64,000 bases of DNA, from assembly GCF_006345805.1 (NCBI RefSeq), contig NC_043008.1:36890001-36954000 (forward strand), written 5' to 3'. The notes beneath the pieces are model-generated. The model was given only the letters and a program-made list of their open reading frames with translations, did no database searches and was not told the origin of the DNA. Shown here piece by piece: positions 1 to 14,550 of the stretch. The stretch is from Octopus sinensis (taxonomy: Eukaryota). The position numbers and the translations under genes are program-made. The number at the start of each line of letters is the position of its first letter. Within the stretch, counting starts at the first letter, position 1.

Positions 1-1263
1 CTTCATTAGAGCAAGTGGCCGATTTTATGAGATAAGTGCCATTAATGTTGATGCTTCCAGCAGCATTAGATAAATGCTGATAGCCTGTTGTTTTATCCCT
101 TTTAATGGTAACCATCATATCAGCATTGAGAGATTTTAGTAAACCTGACTCTCACAAACAGACACACGCACATGCAAAAAAAAATTAAAAAATGCATAAA
201 AGTAATTAATTAAAAAATAAAAGCATATAAAAGCAGATCTGATGGAAATAACTTTCTGTTGCTAATGAAGTAACAGTGAAGAGTATTAAGATTAGTTCTT
301 TTCATTTCTCATTTAACCGTGTCATTTTCACTAGACTGAAGAAAGGGTGAAGTAGAGGGGAGGAAGGAACACAAAGGTCACGGGTACTGCTACTTCTCTT
401 TTCGCTAGGAAAAAAAAAAAAAACTATTCAAAATGCAAAGCTGCAAAAGAAATTCACCATTTTCAATGCTCTGATGCACTTAACGAAATTCCCTTTGAAT
501 TAATAACTCTGCTTCATTTCTTTAACTAATTTTGACCTTGATCATTAAGTAAAACCTGAAGCATCTGAGGAGGCAGCGTTCTCTTTTCACTCTCTCGTGA
601 GAAATAATGAGGTCAGCCTCTCAGTCTCTTTCACTTTCACTTTCCCCCCCCTCTCTCTCTCTCTTTCTCCGACACATATATTCCCTGTCTCTCTCTTTTT
701 CTCTCTCTCTCTCTCTCTCATCAGTTTGCTGCAGGCTTGCACACTGGACTCTTTGGATCATTATCGCATTTAATGGTAGCTTACTTATGTGTGAGTGTGT
801 ATGGGTGCATGTGTTAGTATCACTGTGTGTGTGCATGTGTGAATGTGCATATATGTATATGCATGTGCACAAAGAGAGAGAGAGATGAAAAGAGTACATA
901 CAACAATTGTCTAAAAAAATAATGCATGATTATGGTGTGTGCATATATATATGTACATACATCTGCATATACCCATATATCTGTATATAAATGCTTATAT
1001 CTATATATACATACATACATACATACACACATATGTATTTATTTATTTGTTTATTTATTTATTTATTTATTTACTTATAGGCTAAATTGGTTTAGGGCAA
1101 TCTAGCCTCTTTCATCTTTCCTTGGTATTGCTCTTCTAATTTACTAAAGGCACTCTGAGGCTTTTGTAATACTGGTGTATTATGGTAGCATAGGCTTAGA
1201 TGGTCCCTCATACTGAATTGTAGCAATATACATACATATATGTATATATATATATATTGTATG

Positions 1264-1295
<32 letters not shown>

Positions 1296-2287
1296 CATAC
1301 ATATATTATACATATCACATATACATATATACATACCATATATATATACCTATATATCTAGATATATATATACATACATATATATATATCCATATACACA
1401 CAATATATATATAATATTAGGATACGTATATATATATATGTATATTAATATATTATATATATACATATATATACAACACACATATATATATATATATGTT
1501 GTATATATATATATCTATATTATATATATATATTATATATACTATATATACACACAACATATATATTATATGTATGTATATATATATATATACATATATG
1601 CATCCAATATATAACGAAGACAGAAAGTTAATTAGATACTTTTGCTTTTGAGATCAGTCAGGAGATGATTGCTAAATGAAATTATCACCACAGCAACATT
1701 GCACAACTGTGCAGGATGGCCCCGGCGCAGGAAACTTGGCAACAAGATCAGAATGCATCAGAGACTTTCTGTAACTTTGTAGCGAAACCAAGTGCAAGGA
1801 GAGTGTGTGTACATCTATATGTGTTTGTGTATGTATATATATGAGTGTGTGTGTGTGTCTACATATGTCTCTCTTTCTCTGTGTCTCTCTGTATATACAT
1901 TTAGTAATTTTTATTGGGTGACTAGTAGCAATCCATGCGCAGCACATGCATAGATATATGCATACATGTGTGTGTGTGTGTGTTGGTAGATACTTAAATA
2001 ACATACCTGTCAAGAAGCACAGGGTTTGGTTCTTGTCTCCTTCTTTCACTCTTTTTCTCTGTGTTTCTGTCTGCCTCTCTGTTTCTCCATTTTTGTCTCT
2101 CCCTCTCTCTCCTTCTCTCTTTCTCTCCACCTCTCCTTTTTACTGAACGAGCAATGTTGCACTGTAAAAGGGAGTGTATGAGTGCCCAGAATTTTTGCTC
2201 CTATTAAACTATCCGGAACTATCCAATGATGCTCAACTCTATGTGAAATAATGGAAATTAAGAAGATACATTGATGCATGCTAATAT

Positions 2288-2480
2288 ATCAGCATCATCA
2301 TATTCCTATGCAACCGCTGAGCCTGGATGCACATTCATCCATCCGTTGATATTCTCGGTGTCGGGGGTTGACCTGTTTTCTCTTCTGCGGGTCTTACGAA
2401 TAGCAAAGGACCACGTTTCGGACTTCTCCCACTACTTGCGACCTCTGGGATGAAGACCGCTTCACTCAACAAACAACCAA
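2288..2480. repeat. Dispersed repeat (second copy at 41355-41545)
   Basis: Direct sequence match between the two loci. Confidence 0.8.
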
Positions 2481-2910
2481 ACAAACAGGCATCATCATCA
2501 TCATTATCATCATCATCATCATCATCAGCATTATCATAATCATCATCATTTAACGTCCACTTTCCATGCTGGCATAGGTTGAATGGTTTGACAGGAATTG
2601 GTAAGGCTGAGAGCTGTACCAGGTTCCATTGAATGTTATAGTATATTTTCTATGGCTGGATGTATTTCCTCACGCCAACAACTTCACAGAGTGTACTGGG
2701 TGCTTTTCACATGGCACCATCACCAGTGTTATCTACTTGGTACCAGCATTGTTTCTTTTTGTGTAGCAATAGCACTGATAAAGTTACTTGCGAGACAAAA
2801 ACCCCTCAAATGTGAGAAGGAAGTACTACTGAGTGGGTGGTGTTTTTTTACCAGTTGATGAGAGATTAAGGGTATAAAGGGACAATAATACATGTGTTGC
2901 TGTAGAGTAA

Positions 2911-2963
<53 letters not shown>

Positions 2964-2984
2964 TTAATAATAATAATGAAATTA

Positions 2985-3335
2985 TTGTATACAGTGCTCA
3001 GGTGCACTTGAGTGTGTATAAAGTGTGTATAAAGCATATGCAGTAATGTATAAATGTCTGGTAAGTGAACAGTATATGAGTCAGATACATGCTAGTGTGT
3101 GTATGGAGGGGAGAAAGTCAGGTGTAGTGTTGACGAATCTCAGGAAGCATGGAAGTTTTGAAGGATGCAGTGCTCCAACAACTAACAACTGATGCCGACA
3201 GTTTGTTCCATACTTCAGCAACTCTTAGCATGAAAAAATGTTTCCGAAAGTCATGGGAGCTGTACTGTTTTCTGATTTGTAAACATGTCCACGGGTGTTA
3301 GACAGGTAGAGTTTGAAAAGGTGCTCAGAGTCCAT
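2985..3335 (-). mobile_element. CR1-clade LINE 3' end (decayed)
   Basis: Minus-strand translation with one frameshift: HLFKLYLSNTRGHVYK/IRKQYSSHDFRKHFFMLRVAEVWNKLSASVVSC...FK*. This matches the CR1 ORF2 C-terminal pattern TRGH..K....R..FF..RV...WN.LP. It ends near an (AAT)n run. Confidence 0.85.
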
Positions 3336-4115
3336 GAGTACTCCAGTTGACAAAGAAAGGAGGGTGAGTTAGAGAGTAAGACAAGGAGAGCAATTGTGAG
3401 AGAGATGGTGGCAAGGATGTGTCCTGTGAGGGACATTGGTGGGGTAGGAATGGGGAGTACAGGTTGTGTCATACAAAGGAGGCATATGATGGAGTGAAAT
3501 ATAGGAAAGGCTTGGGGACAGGATCTGCAGTAGGTGTGTGAGGAGATTGAAGGTGATATATTTCTTTACTACTCACAAGGGGCTAAACACAGAGGGGACA
3601 AACAAGGACAGATAAGCAGATTAAGTTGAATACATTGACACCAGTGCGTAACTGGTACTTAATTTATTGACCCTGAAAGGATGAAAGGCAAAGTCGACCT
3701 TGGTGATAGCTGATATGTGAGGTGTTGATGATAGAGAATGACCCAAGGAATAAAAGGCACAGAAGGGAGGTGATTAGAGAGACAGTAGGTGGGGGGGGGC
3801 GAATATTAGGGAATGGATGTGGTTTGGGGTTGAGAAGGAGATAACTGAGAAAGCTGGAGGATTATAGTATGTGCCTATTCTGCTCTCGGGTGCTAGAGAA
3901 GTGATGCAATCAGGAGTTCTATATGCAACCCTCTGCATCCATACATATCACATGCTCAAATCAGTGCAGTCTTCTCTTTTTCACATTGCATCTAATTCCT
4001 CTTTTCTCTCAATACACTAGTGTTCTGTTACACATGTATGCCAACATTGCACATCCAGAGGAATATACTAGTTTCATTCCTTTCTTGCCTTTGCATGTCA
4101 TGTAGCATTACTGTT

Positions 4116-4151
<36 letters not shown>

Positions 4152-4589
4152 CATCAAACATTCTTCCTTTCACTTGAGGAGAGAGACCTTTCATTGCCAA
4201 CAGAGGTAAAAGCTCCCTGAAATCTCTCTCTCTTTCTCTCTCTCTGTCTCATACACACACAGACACACACACAGAATGTAAAGAAGAGAAAGAAGAAGAA
4301 AAGGTGAACAACTATGATGAATTGAAGTGTGGGCAATATAAAGAGAGTGGATGTGATACCAATAGTAAGTGGTGCATTTGGAAGTATCTGTACTCCACTA
4401 CCAACATGTTCTCAAGAAAATTGGTATGAATGTAAAAATAGAACACCTACAAAAATCATCATTGCTTAGAACTGCAGGAGAACTCTGTAAGGGCATGACC
4501 AGTAAACAAGTGTCACCTTAGTCTGCTGGTTGTGGACAGCTAACACTTTTCTATCATACCCAGTAAAATAAAACTGAGGTTTTGCATGA

Positions 4590-4632
4590 TATAAGAATAA
4601 TGATAATAATAATAATGATAATAATGATGATG

Positions 4633-4705
<73 letters not shown>

Positions 4706-4813
4706 TAATAATAATAATGATAATAATAATAATGATAGAGGTCCTTGTTGTGATTTGACAATATCTTCAATCAACAACCTCATGATATTGTATACTGTGT
4801 GACATCTATAATA

Positions 4814-4866
<53 letters not shown>

Positions 4867-4875
4867 ATAATGATG

Positions 4876-4921
<46 letters not shown>

Positions 4922-4935
4922 TAATACTGATAATA
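4590..4935. repeat. (AAT)n/(GAT)n microsatellite cluster
   Basis: Long trinucleotide runs. Confidence 0.95.
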
Positions 4936-6115
4936 ATAACTTGAACATGTCCCCTGGTGGCTGACGATATGTGCATCTCTGATCATGAGCAGAAGTAATG
5001 AGGGAGCATCATAACCGTGTGTTGAGAGAGATTCTTTGAAATTTGAATGATTCACCCCTGGAGACATTGGTGTTTTGTTCATCATACCTAAACATCCCTT
5101 ATTCAGGGACCTTTTAATCAGGATGGGCTATTTGACCTAAAGAAAATTTTAACTGGGCCCCACGTGCAAGGTCATGCACTGTTGATATTGAAATAAGGTC
5201 ACCATGTTGTGCACATTTAGTTGTGATGGACATGGCTGGTGAACCCTTATCAAAAGGGTAGTGAAGATGGGTATATTGAGTTTTGTATATTTGTACCCCA
5301 GTATCACTTGGATGGCATGCGCTACTCTCTCACTCAATAATAGTAACAATAATGATTTAATTTTTTAGTAATGATAAATATAATTATATGTACACACACA
5401 TACACACATGCACCCATACTCATCACCAGCACCAATAAGCATCACCCCCCACCCCCCACCTCCTGCCACATATGGATACAGTATGTCTGATAAATAAAGA
5501 CAAGTTGGCCCCCTCCTGTAGCACCTCTGACCAATATCTGTCTGCAAATAGAATTTACCCGGGGCTAAACAACAACAACAATAACAACAACAAAGACAGA
5601 CACAGACTTACCCATAGAGGTTCACACATGCACACACAACAAGCACACATGCACACACAACAAGCACACATGCACACACACACACACGCAAATGCACATG
5701 TGCAGATACACAGCACATACATGAATAGATACAGCACATACATGAACAGATACAAAGACACACATGCACACATACACACACACACACACACACACATACA
5801 CACATACACACAGTCACATGCATGCACACAAACACACATAAATACGCATATACAGAAACACACAAGCACATGCATACAACTGCATACATACAACACACAA
5901 TCTTATAAATATACAAGAAAGGACAACTAGAACAATACACTCATCACTATATACATACATGCTCACAGATGGGTATCCAGCCACCCACACCCACACCCAT
6001 ACCCACCCACACACACTTAAAAGTACATAGGAGGATAGAAGAATGCAAACAATACACTCACAAGTGCATGTATGCATGTATGTCTGCGTGCACATACATA
6101 CATGTGCACAAATGG

Positions 6116-6173
<58 letters not shown>

Positions 6174-6235
6174 CACTTTCACACATGCTCATACACTCTT
6201 AGATAAATTCATGCACACTTTGAAATACATGGGGG

Positions 6236-6261
6236 TTGAAGAGGAGGAGGAAGAGGAGGAA

Positions 6262-6308
<47 letters not shown>

Positions 6309-6384
6309 AGAAGAAGCGGAAGAAGAAGAAGCGGAAGAAGAAGAAGAAGCGGAAGGAAGAAGAAGAGAAGAAGAGGAGGAAGAA

Positions 6385-6416
<32 letters not shown>

Positions 6417-6465
6417 GGAAAAGAAGAAGAAAAAGAGGAGGAAGAAGAAGAAAAAGAAGAGCAAC
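6236..6465. repeat. (GAA/GAG)n polypurine tract
   Basis: About 230 bp of near-pure purine trinucleotides. Confidence 0.95.
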
Positions 6466-6996
6466 AACTACAACAACTGAAGAATTGGTGGTGGTGGTGG
6501 TTAAGCAATAACAGTGGCAAGAACTACAGCAATAACAACACCAACAACAAGACAAATATACTTAGATATCCCTCCCACCTACTTTTACCGCTCTCAAAAA
6601 ACAATAAGTTACAATAATTAAAAACCTAACGATGTAAAAAAAAAAATTAATACGAACACAGTAGAAAAAATAGTTACCAAAACAAAGCAAAAAAAAAACA
6701 ATTAAAAATCGACCATAATTATTGCCCTAAAATCTTTAATTGAATGAAACGAAGGGCAGGAAATCAATAACAAGACTTTACATAAAATTAAACGAAGCAA
6801 TAAAAAAAATAAATTCATTAAAAAAAAATGCAATAATTAAGAAGGTGTGTGTGCTTAAGGGGTGAGGGCGGAGGTGTAGAAGGTGGTGATAGGTTGGTGG
6901 AATTAGCTAAATAATGACTTGATTGGATTAATTAGTTTGTTGATAAGTTAATGAACATCAGGTGGATTTACCATCAACTGTTAATTAACCTGCCTG

Positions 6997-7031
<35 letters not shown>

Positions 7032-7545
7032 TATGTACATATATGTGACTATGTGTATATGTTTGTATGTGTGTATGTATGTGTATATGAATGGATGTAC
7101 GGGTATGTGTGTATGTAAGTATGTATATGTATGCATGTATGCGTATGTATGTGTGTATGTATTTCTGTATGTATATATGTATTTAAGTGTGTGTATGTGT
7201 ATTTATGTGCATGTATGTCTAGGCATGTATGATTATACATGTATATGTGTATATATACATGTATGTATATATACATGTGTGTATATATACATGTATTTAT
7301 ATATACATGTATGTGTATATATATGTGTGTGTGTGAGTATCTATGTGTGTATGCATATGTATGTATATATGTGTATATATACATGTATGTATATATACAC
7401 GTATGTATATATACATGTGTGTATATATATACATGCATGTATGTGTATATATATGTGTGTGTGTCTGTGAGTATCTATGTGTGTATGTATATGTGTACAT
7501 ATGTGTATATGTGTGTACATATGTATGTATATATATGTGTGTGTT
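6997..7545. repeat. Cryptic (TG/TA)n alternating purine-pyrimidine tract
   Basis: TGTA/TATACATG-type degenerate repeats. Confidence 0.9.
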
Positions 7546-7816
7546 GATTACTGCGTTGCTGTTGTTGTGGTGTTTATTGTTCTTGCTTGCGTTTTTTTGT
7601 TGCTGTTTTGGTTGTTGTTGTTGTTGTTGTTGTTGTTATTCCTGTTGCAGTCATTGCTATTGTTTTGTTACACTCTTTCTTGCTGTTGTGTTCACCCTCA
7701 CTGATGTTGTTGTTCTTGTTGTTTCCACTGCTCTTGGAACTCTTGTATATCTGCTTGTCTGCTATCATTTCCTCATTTCTAAATGTCATTCTCTCTGCCT
7801 CCCTACCTGCCTCTCA

Positions 7817-7880
<64 letters not shown>

Positions 7881-8033
7881 ATGTCAGTGTATGCCAGTCT
7901 GTCTGTGAATCTGTCTATTTGTCTGTCTTTATGATTGTCTGTCTGTCTTTCTTAGTCTGCTCCACTCTGTCTCTCTGTCTATGTACATTTGTCTGTGTCT
8001 CTCCCTCTTTGTCTGTCTGTATGAATGATGCCC

Positions 8034-8067
<34 letters not shown>

Positions 8068-8214
8068 CATATATATATATATATAGATATCATACATAAA
8101 TACATACATATATATATATATGTACATATGGATGTATATCTATAAAAATATACATATATATGTATATGTGTGTATATATATGTGTGTATATATGTATATA
8201 TATATGTATATATC

Positions 8215-8370
8215 GGGCATGGCTGTGTGGTTAGGGAGCTTGCTTCCTAGCTACATGGCTTCGGGTTCAGTCCCACTGTGTGGCACTTTGGGTAGGTGTC
8301 TTCCACTATAGCCCCGAGCCGACCGGAGCTTTGTGATTGAATTCGGTAGGTGGAAGTTACTGCCGTGTGT
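8215..8370 (+). mobile_element. Abundant SINE family, 5' fragment
   Basis: GGCATGGCTGTGTGGTTAGGGAGCTTGCTT...GGTTCAGTCCCACTG. Similar fragments occur at ~56800-56930, 58760-58925, 58969-59050 and 62200-62352. Confidence 0.75.
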
Positions 8371-8457
8371 GTATATGTGCATGTAGGTGCTTGTGCCTCT
8401 CCGAAAGAGAGAGAGAGGATATATATATATATATATAATATGTATAGTATATGTATG

Positions 8458-8491
<34 letters not shown>

Positions 8492-8522
8492 ATGTATACT
8501 TATGTATTATGTATAATATATA

Positions 8523-8557
<35 letters not shown>

Positions 8558-8699
8558 GTCAAACCTCTGTCAACCACTGTTTCTTTACTAAACGTCAAGG
8601 ATCATAAGAAGAGTCTTTGAGATCTAAAGCTGGTAGATGTAGCATGCTCTACAAGGAAAACTTATTCCAATTCAACATTCTTACACTGAGATAACTAAG

Positions 8700-9760
8700 T
8701 AATAACTAAGTAATAATGGCAAATACCGAAAGAGAGCTAATAATGTTGATGTTGACAAAGCCCTCACACATCAGTAGTTGGTGTTTTCTGCCTTAAAGTC
8801 AGAAGGGTTTATCTTAGCAGCCCAAGATCAATGCCTACCTAAGAGGAGCTACCAGGCCAACATATTAAAGAACGGCAGTAACCCAACATGTTGTGTACGT
8901 AAACAACAAAATGAAACCATCGATAATGTTGTCTCCATGTGCAGTCTTCTTATGCCTACAGAGTATCTCAACAGGCATGGTAGAGCGGCACAGTATATTC
9001 ACTGGGTAATTTGGAAAGATTGCACCTGCCCCATGATAAAAGTAGTGGTAGCACAAACCACCACCAGTGCTTGAAAATGACCACATCTCACTCGTTTCGA
9101 ACTTCACTGTTCAAACTGACAGAAAGTTAAATGCAAATAGGCCAAACATTATATTGAAGGATTTCAGACAAAGACCATGCCTCCTCATTGATATGACTGT
9201 CTCAATTGATATAAATATCAAGACCTACCAAAAAAAACTGAGCAAGTATAAAAATTTTGAATAGAAATTGGCAAAAGGTGGAACTTCAAGACTAAAACAA
9301 TACCTGTTCTCATAAGTACCACTGGAATGATAGTAAAAGAGGCTGATTGCTACATAGGTTAGATACCAGGAAATCTGAAAATGGAAGAATTTTAAAAAAA
9401 TAGTGCTCATAGGAACTGCCAATATCTTCCGTAAAATATTGTCTATGTAATCCCCAAAATATTTTAATCTGTAAACAGTGTCAAAATACTTTTAAATATA
9501 CATAACAGAAAAAGCACTTTTACTGTCATCTTAACATCAGACTATCATCTTTTAATTAAACTACTTTTAAAACAAACTTCTAATTTACTTATTTTTTGAC
9601 AGGCATTCTCTAGAACAATACTCTGTGCAAAAACCAAATATATGGCACCTTAGTCATAAAACCAACTTGAACTTCTAACTTGTTATCTCTTGAGGTCCCT
9701 GGGTGAGACTTGGAGTCAACTTATTCTAATACAAAGCAAAAGACAAGCATATAATAATAA
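8700..9760 (+). mobile_element. R4/Dong-clade non-LTR retrotransposon 3' part (zinc knuckle + restriction-like endonuclease), decayed
   Basis: LKSEGFILAAQDQCLPKRSYQANILK...ETIDNVVSMCSLLMPTEYLNRH...IHW, then VLENDHISLVSNFTVQTDRKLNANRPNIILKD...LLIDMTVSID...KLSKYK. The 3' end runs into (TAA)n, the known Dong-type target. Confidence 0.88.
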
Positions 9761-10389
9761 TCATTTCTAATATAGGGCTAAGGCCTGAAATTTAGAGGAG
9801 GCAAATTGGTTAAATCAACCCAGTACATAACTGGTACTTTGTTTTATGATCCACCATCCTTAGGAAAGGCAAAGTTCACTTCAGTAGGATTTGAAATAAT
9901 AATGCAAAGAAACATAACTAAATACTACAGTTTTCATTGTGTGCTCCACTGATTCTACTAATTGGTAAGTCACCAATATTTGTCATAAGGGTGCCAAATG
10001 AGAGGCATATTGCAAATACAAATTACAATTTCTCTGGTTGTTTGCATAAAATCAGGCAAAGAAATGAAAAATAATGATATACACCTTTAATAATGATAAT
10101 AATTAGTTTTATTGATCCTAATACCTAATTAATATTTCATATTTTATTGACTCTAAAAAGATGAATGTCAAAACTGATCATGGTAGGATTTGAACTTAAA
10201 ATATAAAGAGATGGAACAAATACTGCAAGGCATTTTGTCCTGGGATTTAATTATTCAGCCAATCCACCACTTTTAATCCTTCTGTATTTAAACTAGCCAT
10301 ATCAGGCCCAAATATTTTACTTGTTTTATGTTCAAACTGTCTAGATACAGCCTTTCACACTTAAATGTCTTGCAAACAACTTGCACATG

Positions 10390-10925
10390 CAAGTGCTACC
10401 AGTCAAAAACTCCGCATACCGGAAGCCAGCAAGTGTATGGGGTCATCAGGAGAGAATGCGTGCCGTTTTCGGGCCTACTTCTCGACGGCATCAATGCACA
10501 CCGCCCCCACCTCACTGATATGAGGCCCCGCTTGCTAGATCAGCTGGTTATCAAATAAAGCTCAATATTCTTCTAGCCATTGCTCATCGTCTCTTTTTAA
10601 CCAAATCCAGTGGCTAGCCTTCTCCACTGTAGTTTAGATATCGGTCATGGTGGCATTGACTTTATGATGAGTTAAACCTAATGATAACAACAGTCGTCTC
10701 ACACTGTGTCCAACGAACCCTCTACATCCGACTTCAATTGGAAAATGCTCTGCTCTCCAGCCTGTGTCTTCACATTCCTCGAGGAGATTTACATAACGGT
10801 CAATCTTTCGAGTCTGAGCAGCATCCATGTTATCTTCATGAGGAACCATTAACTCGACTAGATTTACAACTTTCCTTCTTTCACACCACATCAAAATGCC
10901 TGGTTTTTTCGTAACTGGGATGGGA
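10390..10925 (-). mobile_element. HERO/R2-like non-LTR retrotransposon 3' end (RLE endonuclease fragment + 3' UTR)
   Basis: ORF 10634-10894: KVVNLVELMVPHEDNMDAAQTRKIDRY..L..EC...GW....PIEVGCRGFVG, followed by EKASHWIWLKR. This is the ELTVPxE / PxEVGCRGF pattern of HERO-type endonucleases. Confidence 0.8.
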
Positions 10926-11343
10926 AAGAATCCCTACAATATCATTCTTAAAAATAAACAATCACATCATTGAAATCTCAAATCTATGAGATAATCCAGG
11001 ATTAATTCAAAACAATGTGAACTTACAAGCATTACATTTGACACAATAGTCTAAATGCTAAAGGGTTAATAATTCTTTCTAAATTAGACACAAGGCCTGA
11101 AATTTTGGTATGTCCCCCAGCACTTCTTAACAACTGGTGTTGGTTTGTTCATGTCCCTGTAACTTAGTGGTTTGGCAAAAAGAGACTGATAGAATAAGTA
11201 ATCAGGGTTAGAAAAAAAAGCATATAGTGGGGTTGATTTGTTTGACTACACCATTCAAGGCAGTGCCCTAGCATGGTCACAGTCCAATGACTGAAACAAG
11301 TAAAAGGTCATTTGTGAATGACAGCTAAGCCTTTTTTGTTGTT

Positions 11344-11426
<83 letters not shown>

Positions 11427-11863
11427 TTAGTACTGGGCATCTTAAAGGGGCCAAGCTTAGCAAGGGCACTTTTGTTTTGTGATGCATGCTAAAATTATCA
11501 CCACATTTATTCCATTTTAGATGGAGAGTGATTTCCATAGTATATGGTATGTACCCATCAAGGTTACCTTTTGTAGTTCACAGAGATCGGAGTTACCAGG
11601 GAGTTGCTTAATATACTTCTCAGCTCCCTTCTTTATCCTTCCCAATGCATCAATCACTACTGGTATTATCATAGTACTAAGCTTCCACATTTTTGTGATT
11701 TCAATTTGCAGATCTTTATAGTGAAAAAGCGTTTCATATTCCTTTCTTGAGACTTTTTAATCTTGTGGGACAGATATATCTATTAACAGACAAGTTCCTC
11801 TGTTGTCATCCTTGATCACAATGTCTGGTCAATTGGAGTCAATTTTTCTGTCTCATTGTAGTA

Positions 11864-11896
<33 letters not shown>

Positions 11897-12389
11897 TTAT
11901 TATTATTATTAGATTGGTTGGTATCAGCAAGCTGGCAGAATTGTTAGTGCGATGGACATAATGCTTTGTGGCATTTTTTCTGGCTCTTTACATTCTGAGT
12001 TCAAATATTTCTAAAGTAGACTTTGCCCTCAGCCATTCAGGGACAAGAAAATAAGTTGCCTGAACTTCCTGTTTTAAAATACTCTGAAGAAAATCAATTA
12101 TTGGAATTTGGTGCTAAGTTATGTTACAAAAAACAAAAAAAATACCACTTTAAGAATGACAAAATAATTTTAATAAATGCTTAATTATATTGCAAATTAA
12201 TTGAAACCAGAATGCATATTTCAAGAGAAATATGGTAACAAAAGGATTGAAATTCTCAAGTGTAAATTTTATGCAAGGAACTACATTCTTGCTGTGAACA
12301 CTTGGACTTTGTCTATGATATAGTACAGTGCTTGGTAGCTTTAATTTGGCTAAAGCTGGGGTAGATGAATTAGACTGCAAAAAGAAGAA

Positions 12390-12720
12390 ATGAAGGCCAG
12401 ACACAAGGCACTATGTCCAAAAAAAAAAATGCATGGCTATACACAGTCGGAAGAAGAGATGTTATAGAATGTGTCAATGATAAGAAGTGCATCATTAATT
12501 GCTATCAATATGTCCATGAAGAAAACAGTGAGAGCTTGTCTTGAGTGGAAGCTAGACAAGTGCAACAAAAGGTGTGGCAGGCATGTGAAAACCTCATTGA
12601 GGACTTGGGCAAAGGATCTACCAATTATAGGCCTGTCCTGGGAGCAGACTCATAATAGGGATTGTGGCCCATTCAAAGTGGGAGTCTCTAATCACCTGAT
12701 ATTCAATGAAGTGCAGAAGG
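12390..12720 (+). mobile_element. RTE-like LINE C-terminal remnant
   Basis: LEWKLDKCNKRCGRHVKTSLRTWAKDL resembles the LxWxP..KR.RGRP.KTW..T...DL tail of RTE ORFs. Heavily decayed. Confidence 0.45.
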
Positions 12721-12728
12721 AACTTAGA

Positions 12729-12762
<34 letters not shown>

Positions 12763-12949
12763 CAAAATAAGCAACAAGAATTACTTCAGTAATTTGGTAT
12801 GATTGTTTCACACTACATCATTTTATTAAATGTTGTAAGTATTACAACAGTTTTAAAATGCTGAGCACTCATCAGCCATTAATAGAGGTTTTCCATTAAT
12901 ACATAGTTTTCATATCAAGTGTGCATATATATTATGCACACTTATATAT

Positions 12950-13020
<71 letters not shown>

Positions 13021-13739
13021 ATATGTATATATATATATATATATTATATATATATAGTACAATATGATTCAAAAGACATTGACAGGTGTGGGGGTACAAC
13101 AAACAGAATATAATAGTTTGACAATTATGGAAAATGGAAGAGTCTTTGATGTTTTGAGCCTACATTCTGCTACAGAAAGAAATGAAAAAAGACAGATGGA
13201 GAAAGGAAAAAAATGGAGAGAGAGAAAAAAACCATGCTTGCATTCATGGTTGCAAACACGCACGTCTGCACATACACACTTACATACACACATACATATA
13301 TAATAAAATATTATATTAATAAAAGTATTTATTTAGATAACCCTTGTACATATGTTTCCATAATAGATACTTGAAAAATATTAAAAAAATAATACCTATC
13401 ATTTCCTCAGCAATTGAAATGTAAATAAAGTTTTAAAACCAAGTAAAATATAGCATATGTTGTTACAAGTGGAGGAAGACAAACCATACAGTTGATGTAA
13501 ACAGAAAAAAAAATGAAAAGATACACATGCATACAATGTGTATATATATATATATATATATTATATGTATATATATATATATTTAATTTATATTATGTAT
13601 ATATAGATATAATGTATGTTATATATATATATATATATATATTATGCACACTTATATATATTTTATATATGTATATATATGTATATATATATATATATAA
13701 AGTTAATGTTTGTTTTTTTATAGTTAGTTATAATAAAAG

Positions 13740-14090
13740 CATCCTATACACAAAGTACAAAATGAGTAGCTTTCTCGGGCAGCAAGTCAATAAATATACT
13801 CACAAACAGGAATTACTTCTTGTGCAGAGGTAAAACGACAGAAGCTTGCCTGGTATGGTCATGTATACTGCTACAACTCCCTGTCCCAAATCATTCTTCA
13901 GGATGAAAGAAAGACAGACAGAGACAATCCTGGTTTGATAGCATCAAGGACTGGACAGGTCACAATACCGATAACTTGCTACATATGTGAGAAAACAAAC
14001 ACCTGTGATAACAGCTGATTATATGAAAGGGTCTAGAGTGGCACCCCAACAACTGGCTGCATCAGTTAAGGGATCTTGATCATAATATTG
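13740..14090 (+). mobile_element. RTE-clade LINE 3' fragment
   Basis: VKRQKLAWYGHVYCYNSLSQIILQ.../RQRQSWFDSIKDWTG matches the RTE C-terminal KRRKL.WFGHV.R...L.K.ILQG...GR...W.DNI..WTG pattern. Confidence 0.8.
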
Positions 14091-14231
14091 ATGAGGATAT
14101 TATAAAAACAATTTTACATTGGTCTGAGGGGTTCCTCTGTACTTTTTTAGAGTACAAATTTATACTTAAACAAGAATATTATTGACATTGAGTTTGAAGT
14201 TTCGACTAGCTAAACTATCTTATGTTATATA

Positions 14232-14550
14232 TACAGGGTGGCACATGAAAATGTATCCTAGGTTCCATAACATAGTGTGAATACAGAAATAAATTTACAC
14301 ACACGAAAAAGCACGCAGCTTTTTGTTTGCAAGTGTCATTGTGTAATTTTGACTGAAAAACTAAGATTTAAAAATGATATGGATTCAACTTTAAACTTTT
14401 CCATATCCGTTGCCATGACCTCCTGCTTGTGTGAGACTGCAGCTCCAATTTGCATGTTGACTTCTTTGGACTTTGAATAATCCTTTGGTCAATGTCCTGA
14501 ATAACTTTCAACATTTGAACTGTAGGGTCTCTTTGTTTACGGCTGTGCTC
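14232..14550 (-). mobile_element. Tc1/mariner non-autonomous fragment
   Basis: TA followed by CAGGGTG terminal motif at 14232-14240. Minus-strand VIQDIDQRIIQSPKKSTCKL...RRSWQRIWKSLKLNPY resembles a mariner transposase N-terminal HTH region. Confidence 0.6.

Noticed and set aside
6850-6995. TAAT-rich clusters resembling homeodomain enhancers (also ~21000-21120)
   Set aside because: Expected by chance in AT-rich DNA and not supportable without conservation data.
607-8620. Many ORF-track entries (poly-Y/I, H/T, C/V, E/K/R runs)
   Set aside because: They are translations of (TA)n, (CA)n, (GAA)n and (AAT)n microsatellites, not genes. The same applies across the window.
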